Below are positions 9,346 through 18,234 of a DNA stretch of 64,000 nt, one piece after another. The stretch's first letter is position 1. Every line of letters starts with the position of its first letter. The notes below the pieces were generated by a model. The model saw only the letters and a list, made by a program, of their open reading frames with translations. It did not search any database and was not told where the DNA came from. Source of the DNA: Candidatus Eiseniibacteriota bacterium (lineage in GTDB: Bacteria; Eisenbacteria; RBG-16-71-46). The stretch covers positions 371-64,370 of the forward strand of contig JABFRW010000052.1 of the NCBI GenBank assembly GCA_013140805.1, read 5' to 3'. The translations under genes and the position numbers were made by a program.

Positions 9346-10926
9346 ATGCTGTTCCCGCTCGGGATCGCACTCGTCGTCTCAGTCTGGCTCCCGACGATCA
9401 CGAGCGCGGAGACCTCGTCGACCCGGCAGGACTCGCTCCCAGACGGAGCCTATTCTTTTCCGTTCGAATTGTATGAAGGTCTTGTCATTGCAAAAGCAAC
9501 CGTGTCTGCAGATGGTGGCGACTCGGCGGGGACGTTCGTGCTCGACACCGGGGCCGGCTTTCTCGCAATCGACGATTCGCTCGCAATGTGGCTCGGAATC
9601 GCGGATTCGATTCCGTTTGGCGGCACCCCGTCGCTTGCTCCGCGTGCGTTGAAGCGATTCCAGATCGGCGATCACTCGATCGACTTCGTTCAACCGATCA
9701 TGACGATTGATGCCGACGTGATTCGCCGCGTCACCGACCGACCGGTGCTCGGGCTTCTGGGTCAGCGGCTCTATCAGGATCGCGCGCTGGTCCTCGACTA
9801 TGTCGCACGTCGCGTCACGATGGTGCCGTCGGCAGGTCATGATGCGGGCTCCCCCGCGCTCGAGGCTTCGCGCGTCGTGGCGAGTTCGTTCTACGGGGTC
9901 GGTGCGCGCGCCATTCCGTTTCGGCTCGCAGGCGACGGCAAGATCCTCGTGACCGCGCGCATCGTGGTCAGCCGATTCGCGCGTTCCAAGCCGTTCACTC
10001 TGGTGCTCGATACCGGAGCCACCAAGAGCACCCTTTTTCGATCCTCGCTCGAGGAACTTCGCGTCGATCCAAAATCGTGGAATGCGATCTGCGGCATCAC
10101 ACTCCCGACCCTGTTCGGAACACCGTCCGCATGCGTGGTGCGCGTACCGAGACTGGAGCTCGAGGGCTTCGTGCCGCATTCGGCGGCTGCTGCGGAGGCC
10201 GGGACGCCGCGCGAGACTCCACCGTCGAACGCATCCACTGCCCACGCCTCGAAAACCACACGCCGCATGCGGCCCGCAGTCAGCGCCACGCTGGGCGGCA
10301 ACGCATCCGCGAACGCCAATCCTGCGACGCCAGTGGCGAAAGCGCAGGAGGATTCGGCGAATGCAGTTTCGGACGAGTCGAGCCGAACGGCTGCCGATTC
10401 CGCTGAGCTGCGAACGAAGAATGCGCAGGACGCGGATCGCCGTACCGCAAAGGAGCCGTGGCGCGCGGAGACCGTCGCGATCCGGGATCACGATGCGATC
10501 CTCATGGACTCGCCGCTTCAGGCGGTGCTCAGCCAGATCGCGGGAGAATCGGTGCATGGCTTGATCGGATACTCGTTCCTCAAAGCTTTTCGAGTGACGA
10601 TCGACTATCCGAATCGAGTGCTATGGCTCGCTCCCGCCGCCGATCCAGATCCTCGACCTTTCGAATACTCGACGCCGGGACTCCAACTCGAACGCCGGGG
10701 TACCGAAGTTCGGGTCACGGGCGTGGTGGAAGATTCTCCGGCCGCCGCGGAGGGCATCTCCGTCGGCGATCGGGTGGTGAGCATCGACGGCCGCCAGGCG
10801 GCCTCGACCGATCTGACGACACTCGGTCGAGCACTCGAAGGCGAGCCCGGAAGTCATATCGAAATCGTGGTAGAAGGCACGAAGGGCGTCCGAACCCTGA
10901 AGCTGCAGCGCCGCAAGCTGCTGTGA
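9346..10926 (+). CDS. Secreted single-chain bilobed retropepsin-like aspartic protease (two DTGA motifs) with C-terminal PDZ domain
   Basis: Signal peptide 'MLFPLGIALVVSVWLPTITSA'. Active-site motifs 'VLDTGAGF' and 'LVLDTGATKS'. PDZ 'VTGVVEDSPAAAEGISVGDRVVSIDG'. Confidence 0.8.
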   Translation: MLFPLGIALVVSVWLPTITSAETSSTRQDSLPDGAYSFPFELYEGLVIAKATVSADGGDSAGTFVLDTGAGFLAIDDSLAMWLGIADSIPFGGTPSLAPRALKRFQIGDHSIDFVQPIMTIDADVIRRVTDRPVLGLLGQRLYQDRALVLDYVARRVTMVPSAGHDAGSPALEASRVVASSFYGVGARAIPFRLAGDGKILVTARIVVSRFARSKPFTLVLDTGATKSTLFRSSLEELRVDPKSWNAICGITLPTLFGTPSACVVRVPRLELEGFVPHSAAAAEAGTPRETPPSNASTAHASKTTRRMRPAVSATLGGNASANANPATPVAKAQEDSANAVSDESSRTAADSAELRTKNAQDADRRTAKEPWRAETVAIRDHDAILMDSPLQAVLSQIAGESVHGLIGYSFLKAFRVTIDYPNRVLWLAPAADPDPRPFEYSTPGLQLERRGTEVRVTGVVEDSPAAAEGISVGDRVVSIDGRQAASTDLTTLGRALEGEPGSHIEIVVEGTKGVRTLKLQRRKLL

Positions 10927-10927
10927 A

Positions 10928-11905
10928 GTGAGCCGGGTGCCTGGCGAGCCGCTCGCCACCGCCGCAGCAGCAGCCGCCACGCGCCGCGCCGGAAACGGCC
11001 GCTGGCTGGTCGCGGGGGCCGCAACGTTGTGGGGAACAACCGCGACGCTCGCTCGCTTCGTCTTTCATGATCGAAGCGTTTCGCCGTTCGTGGTTGTCGA
11101 GTTGCGCCTCGCGATCGCGGTCGCGGTACTCGGACTCTGGCTCGCGATTCGAGACCCGAGTGCGTTTCGAGTGTCAGCGAGCGCACTGCTCGAACTGGTC
11201 GTTCTCGGTGCCGTCGGTGTCACGCTGGTCCAGGTCAGCTACTACTACTCGATCGCGCATCTGGGCGTGGGACTGGCGATCCTGCTGCAGTATCTGGCGC
11301 CTTCGTTGATCGTGGCGCTCCACCTGATCCGCCGCCAGCCGACTCGCCGTGAGACTGCGCTCGCCGTGTTGATGGCGGCGAGTGGAACTGCGCTGCTCGT
11401 GAGTCGCGTCCCTCGAGAGGCGGCGGATGCCACTCCGCTGCAATGGGCGGTGAGTTTTGCGTCGGCAGCCTTTTTTGCGGGCTACATCCTGCTCTCGAAA
11501 CGGATACTCAAGACGCATCGACCCGAGACGACGCTGTTCTACTCGTTCTCGACCGCGGCGGTCGTCCTTGCGATCGTCGCGCCACCGTGGCGAATCGCCG
11601 CCGCCGGGTACGGCGCCGATCTGTGGCTGATGTTCGTGGCTCTCGGCCTACTCTCGACCCTCGCGCCGTTCGTACTCTTCAATTTCGGGCTCCAGCGCAT
11701 GCCGGCCGCCGAAGCGGGCATCGTTGCGACACTCGAGCCGGTCGTCGCGGTCATCTCGGCGTGGGTATTTCTGGGCGAACGCCTCGAATCACTGCAGTGG
11801 GCAGGCGCGGCACTCGTTCTCTCAGCAGCCGTCCTGGCGTCCGGTGCTGAAACGCCGACCGCAAAACGAATCCCCGCCACGCCGAGGCAGAGCAAGTTGT
11901 CGTGA
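10928..11905 (+). CDS. EamA/DMT-family transporter (10 TM)
   Basis: Two EamA-like hydrophobic repeats; 325 aa. Confidence 0.85.
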   Translation: MSRVPGEPLATAAAAAATRRAGNGRWLVAGAATLWGTTATLARFVFHDRSVSPFVVVELRLAIAVAVLGLWLAIRDPSAFRVSASALLELVVLGAVGVTLVQVSYYYSIAHLGVGLAILLQYLAPSLIVALHLIRRQPTRRETALAVLMAASGTALLVSRVPREAADATPLQWAVSFASAAFFAGYILLSKRILKTHRPETTLFYSFSTAAVVLAIVAPPWRIAAAGYGADLWLMFVALGLLSTLAPFVLFNFGLQRMPAAEAGIVATLEPVVAVISAWVFLGERLESLQWAGAALVLSAAVLASGAETPTAKRIPATPRQSKLS

Positions 11906-11936
11906 GTTTCGGCATGGCGGGGTGAATCCTCGGTGC

Positions 11937-12413
11937 CTAGCTGGCCCGAGCCAGGTTCGACTCGTCGCTGACGCGATGATGCGAACGGTGCACGGTGTGC
12001 AGTCGCGACTGCACTCGCTCGAGCCTCGATGCGCTCACGGTCTCGACCGCGTAGCGTTCGTCCCACACCAGATTCCCGCCCAGCCACACACGCAACTCGG
12101 GGTGTCGCTCGAGCAGCACCACACTGGTGCGACCCTTGAGCTCTCGAATCGCGCTCGCGATGCTCTGCGCCGGACGCAGGCCCATGAGCACGTGAACGTG
12201 ATCGAGTCCGACCGCGAGATCGACGACTTCGAATCCCCGCTCCTCGCACAGCGTGCGAATCAAGGACTCGAGCGTCACCGCATGGCGGTCCTTCATGACC
12301 GGTCGCCGACCGCGCGTGCTCCAGGTGACGAGATAGTGGAGTCGACTCCGGTACACGGGCTCCCATCGGCCAAGCAGAGCGTTCTGAACTGAGGGAGCGA
12401 TGACATTGCTCAT
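11937..12413 (-). CDS. IS200/IS605-family Y1 (HUH) transposase TnpA homolog, solo, without detectable IS ends
   Basis: HUH motif 'LDHVHVLMGL'; C-terminal catalytic-Tyr context 'WDERYAVETV'; 158 aa. Only ~66 bp of flanking non-coding DNA in total. Confidence 0.85.
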   Translation of the reverse strand: MSNVIAPSVQNALLGRWEPVYRSRLHYLVTWSTRGRRPVMKDRHAVTLESLIRTLCEERGFEVVDLAVGLDHVHVLMGLRPAQSIASAIRELKGRTSVVLLERHPELRVWLGGNLVWDERYAVETVSASRLERVQSRLHTVHRSHHRVSDESNLARAS

Positions 12414-12434
12414 GATGCCGCCTCCTGCGGGGTG

Positions 12435-12450
12435 CTGAACGGATGTGCAG
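12435..12450. promoter_or_regulatory. LexA-box-like palindrome CTGAAC-GGAT-GTGCAG between SD and upstream terminator of the tnpA homolog
   Basis: Matches TGNNC-N4-GTGCA; one half-site mismatch relative to the lexA operator at 13170-13185. Confidence 0.5.
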
Positions 12451-12459
12451 TTAATGGGT

Positions 12460-12490
12460 CCGAAAAACGGGAGCTTTCGCTCCCGTTCGG
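12460..12490 (-). terminator. Intrinsic terminator of lexA (stem ccgaacgggagc/gctcccgtt + U-tract on minus strand)
   Basis: Hairpin 20 bp downstream of the lexA stop; minus-strand transcript ends in gcucccguuuuucgg. Confidence 0.7.
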
Positions 12491-12509
12491 GGTGCCGGTG
12501 CCGAGCGAC

Positions 12510-13124
12510 TCAGCGACCGACGGTTCGCATGACACCTTTCACGATTCCGAGCACACGAAACTCCTGATCGCTTCCAACCAGGATCGGCTTGTACTTCTCG
12601 TTCGCCGGTTCGAGTTCGAGGTGGGTTCCGCGAGGGCGGTAGTACTTCACCGTCGCCTCATCGCCGATCAACGCGACGATCATGTCACCCGACGAAGCAC
12701 GATCCTGACTGCGAACGATCACGAAGTCTCCTTCGAGGATCCCCGCGTCGATCATGCTGTCACCGCGAACCTTCAGCGCGAACAGTCCCTGCGTATCGCC
12801 GAACAGCTCGCCGGGCTTGAGCGATTCGTCGAACGAAGTCTCGGCGAGAATCGGTTCGCCTGCCGCGACGCGCCCGAGAATCGGAATGCCGCCGAGTTGC
12901 GGTAGTGGTCCGTCGTCATGCAGGAGCAGATCGATCCCGCGCGAAATCTTCGCGTTGCGGCGGATGAAGCCTTCCCGCTCGAGCGACGTCAGATGATGTC
13001 GGACGCCATTGGTCGACATGATCTCGAATGCTTCGCCGATCTCGCGAATGGTCGGCGGGTAGCCTCGCTCGCGAGCGAAGGTCCGGATGTAGTCGAGAAT
13101 CTCTCTCGCCCGCTCACTGAGCAT
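12510..13124 (-). CDS. lexA: LexA repressor (SOS response)
   Basis: Winged-helix N-terminus 'TIREIGEAFEIMSTNGVRHHLTSLEREGFI'; C-terminal S24 peptidase Ser/Lys dyad region; 204 aa. Confidence 0.95.
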   Translation of the reverse strand: MLSERAREILDYIRTFARERGYPPTIREIGEAFEIMSTNGVRHHLTSLEREGFIRRNAKISRGIDLLLHDDGPLPQLGGIPILGRVAAGEPILAETSFDESLKPGELFGDTQGLFALKVRGDSMIDAGILEGDFVIVRSQDRASSGDMIVALIGDEATVKYYRPRGTHLELEPANEKYKPILVGSDQEFRVLGIVKGVMRTVGR

Positions 13125-13169
13125 GGCTTCTTCTCCTTCGGGGTGGGTCCGTCAGGGCCCTAGCACGTG

Positions 13170-13185
13170 CGGGACCGTACTGCAC
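13170..13185. promoter_or_regulatory. Putative LexA operator CTGCAC-ACGC-GTGCAG (Fibrobacteres-type TGCNC-N4-GTGCA box), 46-61 nt upstream of the lexA start
   Basis: Perfect inverted half-sites CTGCAC/GTGCAG in the lexA promoter; autoregulation is expected. Confidence 0.7.
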
Positions 13186-13539
13186 ACGCGTGCAGCCGTC
13201 AAGAGAAAGAGTTCGGCTGGCGAGCGAAGCCCGTCGGACGGCCCCGATTCGTCACGCTCGTCGCCGCCTCGACGCCGAGGGCGTCACGCGCGACCACTGG
13301 GGCGCCGGTCGAGTCGAGCAGGTCTCATGGAATCCGGCGCAATTGCGTTCCTCCTGCGCGTGAAGTCAGCGCCCGATGAATGGCCCTCGACTTGCCCTAT
13401 GACTTGAACGAGGTCGCAAGGCCTCGAACCACGACAGGCAAGGGGCGGGCGGCACGAAGCTCCGAGGTCGATCGCAATCGGGGGCCGGTCACTGAGGAGT
13501 CGGACCACCGCTGCCTTGTCGGTCGGGGGAAGCGCACGC

Positions 13540-13573
13540 AAACGGGGACCGAAAGCGACTTCGGTCCCCGTTT
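13540..13573. terminator. Perfect 14-bp stem hairpin (aaacggggaccgaa-agcgac-ttcggtccccgttt), likely terminator of the convergent TonB-dependent receptor gene
   Basis: Located 43 bp downstream of the receptor stop (13616); short T-tracts on both strands. Confidence 0.65.
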
Positions 13574-13615
13574 GTTCGTGCACTGCAAGGCTCTCGCGTG
13601 CGGGCATCGCGAGCG

Positions 13616-15667
13616 TCAGCGGATCGAGAGGCTGAGCCCTGCCGACCAGTTCTGCGGCAGACCGGGCTCGAAGTACTGCCCGCTGATGCCGTTGATGAAC
13701 ACCGACGAAACGTGCTCCTCGTCGGTCAGATTGTCGCCGCTGACGAACGCGCGCATGACGCCGATCGGCATCGCGTGCGCGTACTCGAGCAGCGCGCCGT
13801 ACAGCACGTAGCCCTCGACGAACGCGGTGTTCGCGTCGTCGGCGAAGTAGTGACCGACGTGCTTCAAGTTGCCGGACACGCTGAGCCCCGCCGGCAGCTG
13901 GTAACGGGCTTCGACGTTGACCAGCGCCTCGGGAAGTCCCGCGACGTCGTTGCCGTCGAAGTCGCCGAGTTCGTTCTGGTATTCGACGTACTCGTTCTGC
14001 GAGAACGTCAGCGCACCATTGAACGAGAGCTTGTCGACCGGCGACCACCCGAGCCCCAGTTCAGCTCCGCGCCGTCGCGACTTGCCGGCGGTAAAGAAGA
14101 ACGCGCCGCCGTTGAACGGCACCACTTCGTTGCGCACGTCGATCCAGTACAACGCCGCGTCGTAGCTGAGGCGACCGAAGCGCGAGTCCTGCGCTGCGAA
14201 CTCGCCCTTGGCTCCGAACTCATAGCTGGTCGAACTCATCGGCTCGAGGAACGGGTTGAAACTCGTGAGCGTGTCATAAGGCGGCGGCGGATCGATCTCG
14301 TTGAATGCCGGAGCCTCGACGCCTCCACCGACCGAGGCGTAGATCGTGTGCCGCTCGAACATGCGCGCGACCGAACCCTTCGGCGTCACCTGAGTGAAGC
14401 GTTTGGTCGCATTGAGCCGCGGCGTCACTCGATCCTCCGACAGGTACCAGAGGTTGTCGTAACGGGCAGCCACGCGTACCGCCCACTGCTCGCTCCAGGT
14501 CAACTCAGCTTGAACGAAGCCACCGGCCGAGTTGGAACCCTCGCGCTTGTTCTGGAATACGGTGGTGCTTCGATTGCCGCCCGGGGCGAGGTTGTAGAAC
14601 TGGATCGCGCCGTCCTGGAACTGATCGTCGGCGCCGGCAGTCCAGGTGCCGTAGAGCTCGGAGCTGAACGTGGTGCGATGTTGCACCGCGAGGTTTCCAC
14701 CGATGTGATAGCGATTGAAATCGCGGAATCGATTGCGCTCGGAGCGCTGAAGCGACTTGGGTTCCGCAAACAGCGTCGCCGAAACGCTCGTATTGCCCTC
14801 GAGTCCGCGCTCCAGCGAGAAGCCGAGTCGGCCCGCCCGATTGAAGCGCCGCTCGTTCCGGGTGACGAAAGTTGGGTTCGCCTGCTCGGGATCGGCCTCG
14901 AGCTGCGCCTGCGTCAGCGCGCCCGGAAAGAAGTTCAGATTGCTGACGAAATCCGCCAGCACACCGAGCCGCGTGCGGTCGTCGAGCGGCGCCGAGAAGC
15001 GCGACTGGATCGACGTGGTGGTGCTGCGACTGTGGGCCCGCCAGCCGTCGAAGTTCGAGTTGAAAACCGAGACGGTGCCGCGTCCGCTGCCCATCGCGAT
15101 GCCGGCCGCGCCCTGTTCGCGGTGATAGCCGAACGACCCTGCGCGCTCCTGGTATTCGATCCACGGTCGCTCGAAATCGAATGCGGTGCGAAGCTGCACC
15201 ACGCCGCCCGAGGCATTGCCGTAAACGACGGATCCGTTGCTGCGCAGCACCTCGATCCGGTCGGCCGAGCCCAGATCGATGAACTCGAGCGAGGTGCGGC
15301 CGTCGGGCTCGGTGAGTGGAATGCCGTCGGTGAGCACGCGAATGCCGCGCATGTTTCCGGCATTCGATCGTTCGCCGTTTCCGCGCGCGCCATAGCCGCG
15401 AATCGTGATGCGAACGTCCTGCCCGCCGCCGCGACTCTGCGAGAACACGCCCGGTACTCGAGCGAGTCCGTCGAGCAGGCTGATCCCGCGCGTCGAGCGC
15501 AGCGTATTTTTCGTGACGACCGACAGCGCCGCCGGCGTGCGCAGCACGCTCTCCGGCACGCGCGAGCCGGTGATCGAGATGCCTTCCAGCGGCACCACGG
15601 TCGAATCGGTGAATGTGCCGCCGGGCGCCGTAGCGAGCGCGATCGGCAGCACCAGGAACCAGGACAT
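13616..15667 (-). CDS. TonB-dependent outer-membrane receptor
   Basis: Signal peptide; plug-domain motifs 'RIEVLRSNGSVVYGNASGGVVQLRT'; 683 aa beta-barrel. Confidence 0.9.
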   Translation of the reverse strand: MSWFLVLPIALATAPGGTFTDSTVVPLEGISITGSRVPESVLRTPAALSVVTKNTLRSTRGISLLDGLARVPGVFSQSRGGGQDVRITIRGYGARGNGERSNAGNMRGIRVLTDGIPLTEPDGRTSLEFIDLGSADRIEVLRSNGSVVYGNASGGVVQLRTAFDFERPWIEYQERAGSFGYHREQGAAGIAMGSGRGTVSVFNSNFDGWRAHSRSTTTSIQSRFSAPLDDRTRLGVLADFVSNLNFFPGALTQAQLEADPEQANPTFVTRNERRFNRAGRLGFSLERGLEGNTSVSATLFAEPKSLQRSERNRFRDFNRYHIGGNLAVQHRTTFSSELYGTWTAGADDQFQDGAIQFYNLAPGGNRSTTVFQNKREGSNSAGGFVQAELTWSEQWAVRVAARYDNLWYLSEDRVTPRLNATKRFTQVTPKGSVARMFERHTIYASVGGGVEAPAFNEIDPPPPYDTLTSFNPFLEPMSSTSYEFGAKGEFAAQDSRFGRLSYDAALYWIDVRNEVVPFNGGAFFFTAGKSRRRGAELGLGWSPVDKLSFNGALTFSQNEYVEYQNELGDFDGNDVAGLPEALVNVEARYQLPAGLSVSGNLKHVGHYFADDANTAFVEGYVLYGALLEYAHAMPIGVMRAFVSGDNLTDEEHVSSVFINGISGQYFEPGLPQNWSAGLSLSIR

Positions 15668-15744
15668 GGAGTGTCCCTCCGGGATGAATCCACGATGACG
15701 AACGGCATGGGGTCACAGGCTTCCAGTTCACGGAAGCACGCGAC

Positions 15745-16452
15745 TCACGTTTGCATCGGGAACCGGCGCGGAGGCAGAAATCGTTCGATGGACGAACCCA
15801 TCGTGGTTCGGCACGGGCACCGCGGCCCGACGAGGCGCACACCCGCCGTCGCACTGCGCTCGAGTGCGCGAGCCGGTGCGTCGCATGCGATGAGCTCGCA
15901 CGTCGATGCGAGCGAGAGCGCCACGCGGGCAGGACCCCAGCCGAGCGGGTAAGGGCCGCCCTCCGAGTCGAGCCCGCGCCACCAGAAACCCTCGTGCATC
16001 AGGTCGCGCTCGGGTGCGTCGCCGGCCGCGAGTTCGATCGTGAAGCGTTCGCCGGCCGCCGACTCGTGCTCCCGTTCGTCAACGTGCATGCGCAGCTGCA
16101 ATCGCGCGGTCCGAGTGGCCAACCGCGGGACGCGCCAGCGAAAGTGCGTTTCGCGGCCTTCCAGCTCGGGGGTCACGCGGAGCGGAAAGCTGCGTCCGTC
16201 GTCGAGCGAGAGCAGCAGCTCGAGTTCCTCGACCGAAGCGCCGGGATCGTCCCAGTGAATCTCGACCAGACTGCCGGCCTGCACCACGCCGTCGTGCTCG
16301 AGCGCGATGCGAGGAACGGGCGGCACCGGGGCGCTCACGGCGGGTCCCGCAACCATGCCGCACCCGAACACCAGCACGAGCACCGCGTGCCGGCGCGCGA
16401 AGGCCCCGGATCGTCTGGCGGTGGGCGAGGTTAGAAAATGGATGGGGAGCAT
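15745..16452 (-). CDS. Hypothetical lipoprotein (lipobox LVFGC), immediately upstream of the TonB-dependent receptor
   Basis: ORF with N-terminal 'RRHAVLVLVFGCG'; no recognisable domain; exact start uncertain. Confidence 0.45.
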   Translation of the reverse strand: MLPIHFLTSPTARRSGAFARRHAVLVLVFGCGMVAGPAVSAPVPPVPRIALEHDGVVQAGSLVEIHWDDPGASVEELELLLSLDDGRSFPLRVTPELEGRETHFRWRVPRLATRTARLQLRMHVDEREHESAAGERFTIELAAGDAPERDLMHEGFWWRGLDSEGGPYPLGWGPARVALSLASTCELIACDAPARALERSATAGVRLVGPRCPCRTTMGSSIERFLPPRRFPMQT

Positions 16453-16550
16453 CGTGGGGGTGGGCGCGAGAGGGCCGGCAGGCTAGCACAGGCCCCGCGA
16501 GTCCGAACTCACGCCCGCACGAACGCCGGCCGATACCGGACGGGAACCCC

Positions 16551-18155
16551 GTGGCGCCAGGTCCCCGGAGCATGGCCGTGGAACTCGAACTACCCGACTA
16601 CTGGAAGCCCATCCTCGAACCGTTGAGGGCCGGCGACCGACACGAGGCCGTGAAACGCCTGCGCATGCAGGTGGATCACGATCCGTTCGCGCTTGCGCCG
16701 CGTCACGTCCTGGCGACGCTCCTGAGCGAACTCGGTCAGAGCAATGCTGCGCAGGTGCAGTACGAGAAGCTCCTGACCGCTTCGGTCTCGCGCGGAGACG
16801 TGTTCCGTGCGATCGCGGCGCAGCGGCGCATCAGCGAGATCGAGGGTGGCGCGCAGTCGACAGCGCGACTGGTCGCGCTGCAGCGCTGGTTCCGACTGCT
16901 CGGGCCTCAGAGCCTGACCGCTTTCGGCGATGGACCGCGCGGAGGCGTGCGCCCGATCCATTTCCTGCGTCTGCCCGAGGATCTGTTCGCCCACGCTGCC
17001 GCCGGCATGCGGCTCGAGCGCTTCGATCTGACGTGGCGCTTCGAGGGGGTGGACCGCCCGCGACAGTGGGTGGTGCTGTGGGGTGCGTTGCGCTGGGATC
17101 TTCGCCATCCAGACGACAACGCCACCGCGATCGCGCACTGCCGCGAGGGTGACGTTCTGTTTCCGGGCGCCTCGAATCCCGTCGGGACCATGCTGCGCAT
17201 CGCGGCCGATACGCCGTGCGAATGCCTCGTCATCGAGCCTGACCTGATGGCGGAACTCGCCGAACGCGATCCGGGAGTGCTCGACTCCGGTGCGGCGACG
17301 AGTCCCGAGATCGTTCACGACGAGCGCGCGCATCTCCCCGCGCGACCGCGCAGTCGCGGCGATCTCGACGACCGGCGCTTCGCACCTCCGAGTCCCGACA
17401 CCGATGCGCCGCGCCAGCTTCATATCGCACCCGAGTCGCGCGCACCGGATGAGGGCCGCGACGCCGGCGAGTGGCTCGAGTTTGGCGAAGTGTCGCTCGA
17501 CGGGACCGCGAACGGCTCCGGCGAAAGCAATCGCTCGCACGACGACATGGGCCTGCCGACCCTCGATCTCGTGAGCCCTGCGGACATGACGAACGGTGCG
17601 GGAGAGATTCCGCGGGTGCCGCGGCTGACACGTCCGAGCACGCCGGCCGCAGACAGCCCAGGCGACCCGACCCACGGGGCACGCGAAATCGAGCTGCCCA
17701 CGCCGATCGATCCGCGGACTTCCTCCGCCGGCTCCGAAGGCAAACCCAGCGACCGCAGGAACCGCCGGCGTACCGGCGTCTCGTACCAGGGAACCGTGCA
17801 GCTGCTGGGCCTCGGCCAGGCGACCGGTGTGCGGCTCGAGTGCGAAGTGGTGAATCTGTCGACCACCGGAGTCGGCATCAAGATCCCGCGCGACGCCGTG
17901 CTCTCGCTGGTGAGGATTCTCGAGGACGAAACCCTGCGACTCGAGCTCGGACCCACAAGTGGCCGAGTGGAGCTGGCAGGCCGGGTGCGCTGGCTCGACT
18001 CCCAGTCGAGCGAGGCGGTGTACGTGGGAATCCAGTTCGTTCTGCTCACGCGCGACGACACCGCCGCACTCGAGGGTCTGATCGCGCGCGCCGCACGCAA
18101 GCCCGCACCGCCCTCGATCCGCGTGCCGCGCGACCCGGACGCTCGCGCCGCCTAG
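16551..18155 (+). CDS. Multidomain PilZ-domain protein (probable c-di-GMP receptor) with TPR-like N-terminus and long Pro-rich linker
   Basis: C-terminal PilZ motifs 'RRNRRR' (RxxxR) and 'NLSTTGVGI' (D/NxSxxG). Confidence 0.75.
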   Translation: MAPGPRSMAVELELPDYWKPILEPLRAGDRHEAVKRLRMQVDHDPFALAPRHVLATLLSELGQSNAAQVQYEKLLTASVSRGDVFRAIAAQRRISEIEGGAQSTARLVALQRWFRLLGPQSLTAFGDGPRGGVRPIHFLRLPEDLFAHAAAGMRLERFDLTWRFEGVDRPRQWVVLWGALRWDLRHPDDNATAIAHCREGDVLFPGASNPVGTMLRIAADTPCECLVIEPDLMAELAERDPGVLDSGAATSPEIVHDERAHLPARPRSRGDLDDRRFAPPSPDTDAPRQLHIAPESRAPDEGRDAGEWLEFGEVSLDGTANGSGESNRSHDDMGLPTLDLVSPADMTNGAGEIPRVPRLTRPSTPAADSPGDPTHGAREIELPTPIDPRTSSAGSEGKPSDRRNRRRTGVSYQGTVQLLGLGQATGVRLECEVVNLSTTGVGIKIPRDAVLSLVRILEDETLRLELGPTSGRVELAGRVRWLDSQSSEAVYVGIQFVLLTRDDTAALEGLIARAARKPAPPSIRVPRDPDARAA

Positions 18156-18234
18156 TTCGCGGTGCCGCGCGCATCCGCGCGCCCATGTCCTCCGGTTCGC
18201 CGGCTCCCGCGACGTTCGCTATCCTCGTCGGCCC

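Noticed and set aside
12432-12905. 157-aa plus-strand ORF
   Set aside because: Lies entirely antisense within lexA, which has unambiguous homology; no recognisable domain.
13598-15952. 784-aa plus-strand ORF
   Set aside because: Antisense to the clearly homologous TonB-dependent receptor gene; low-complexity Arg/Ala-rich translation typical of high-GC antisense frames.
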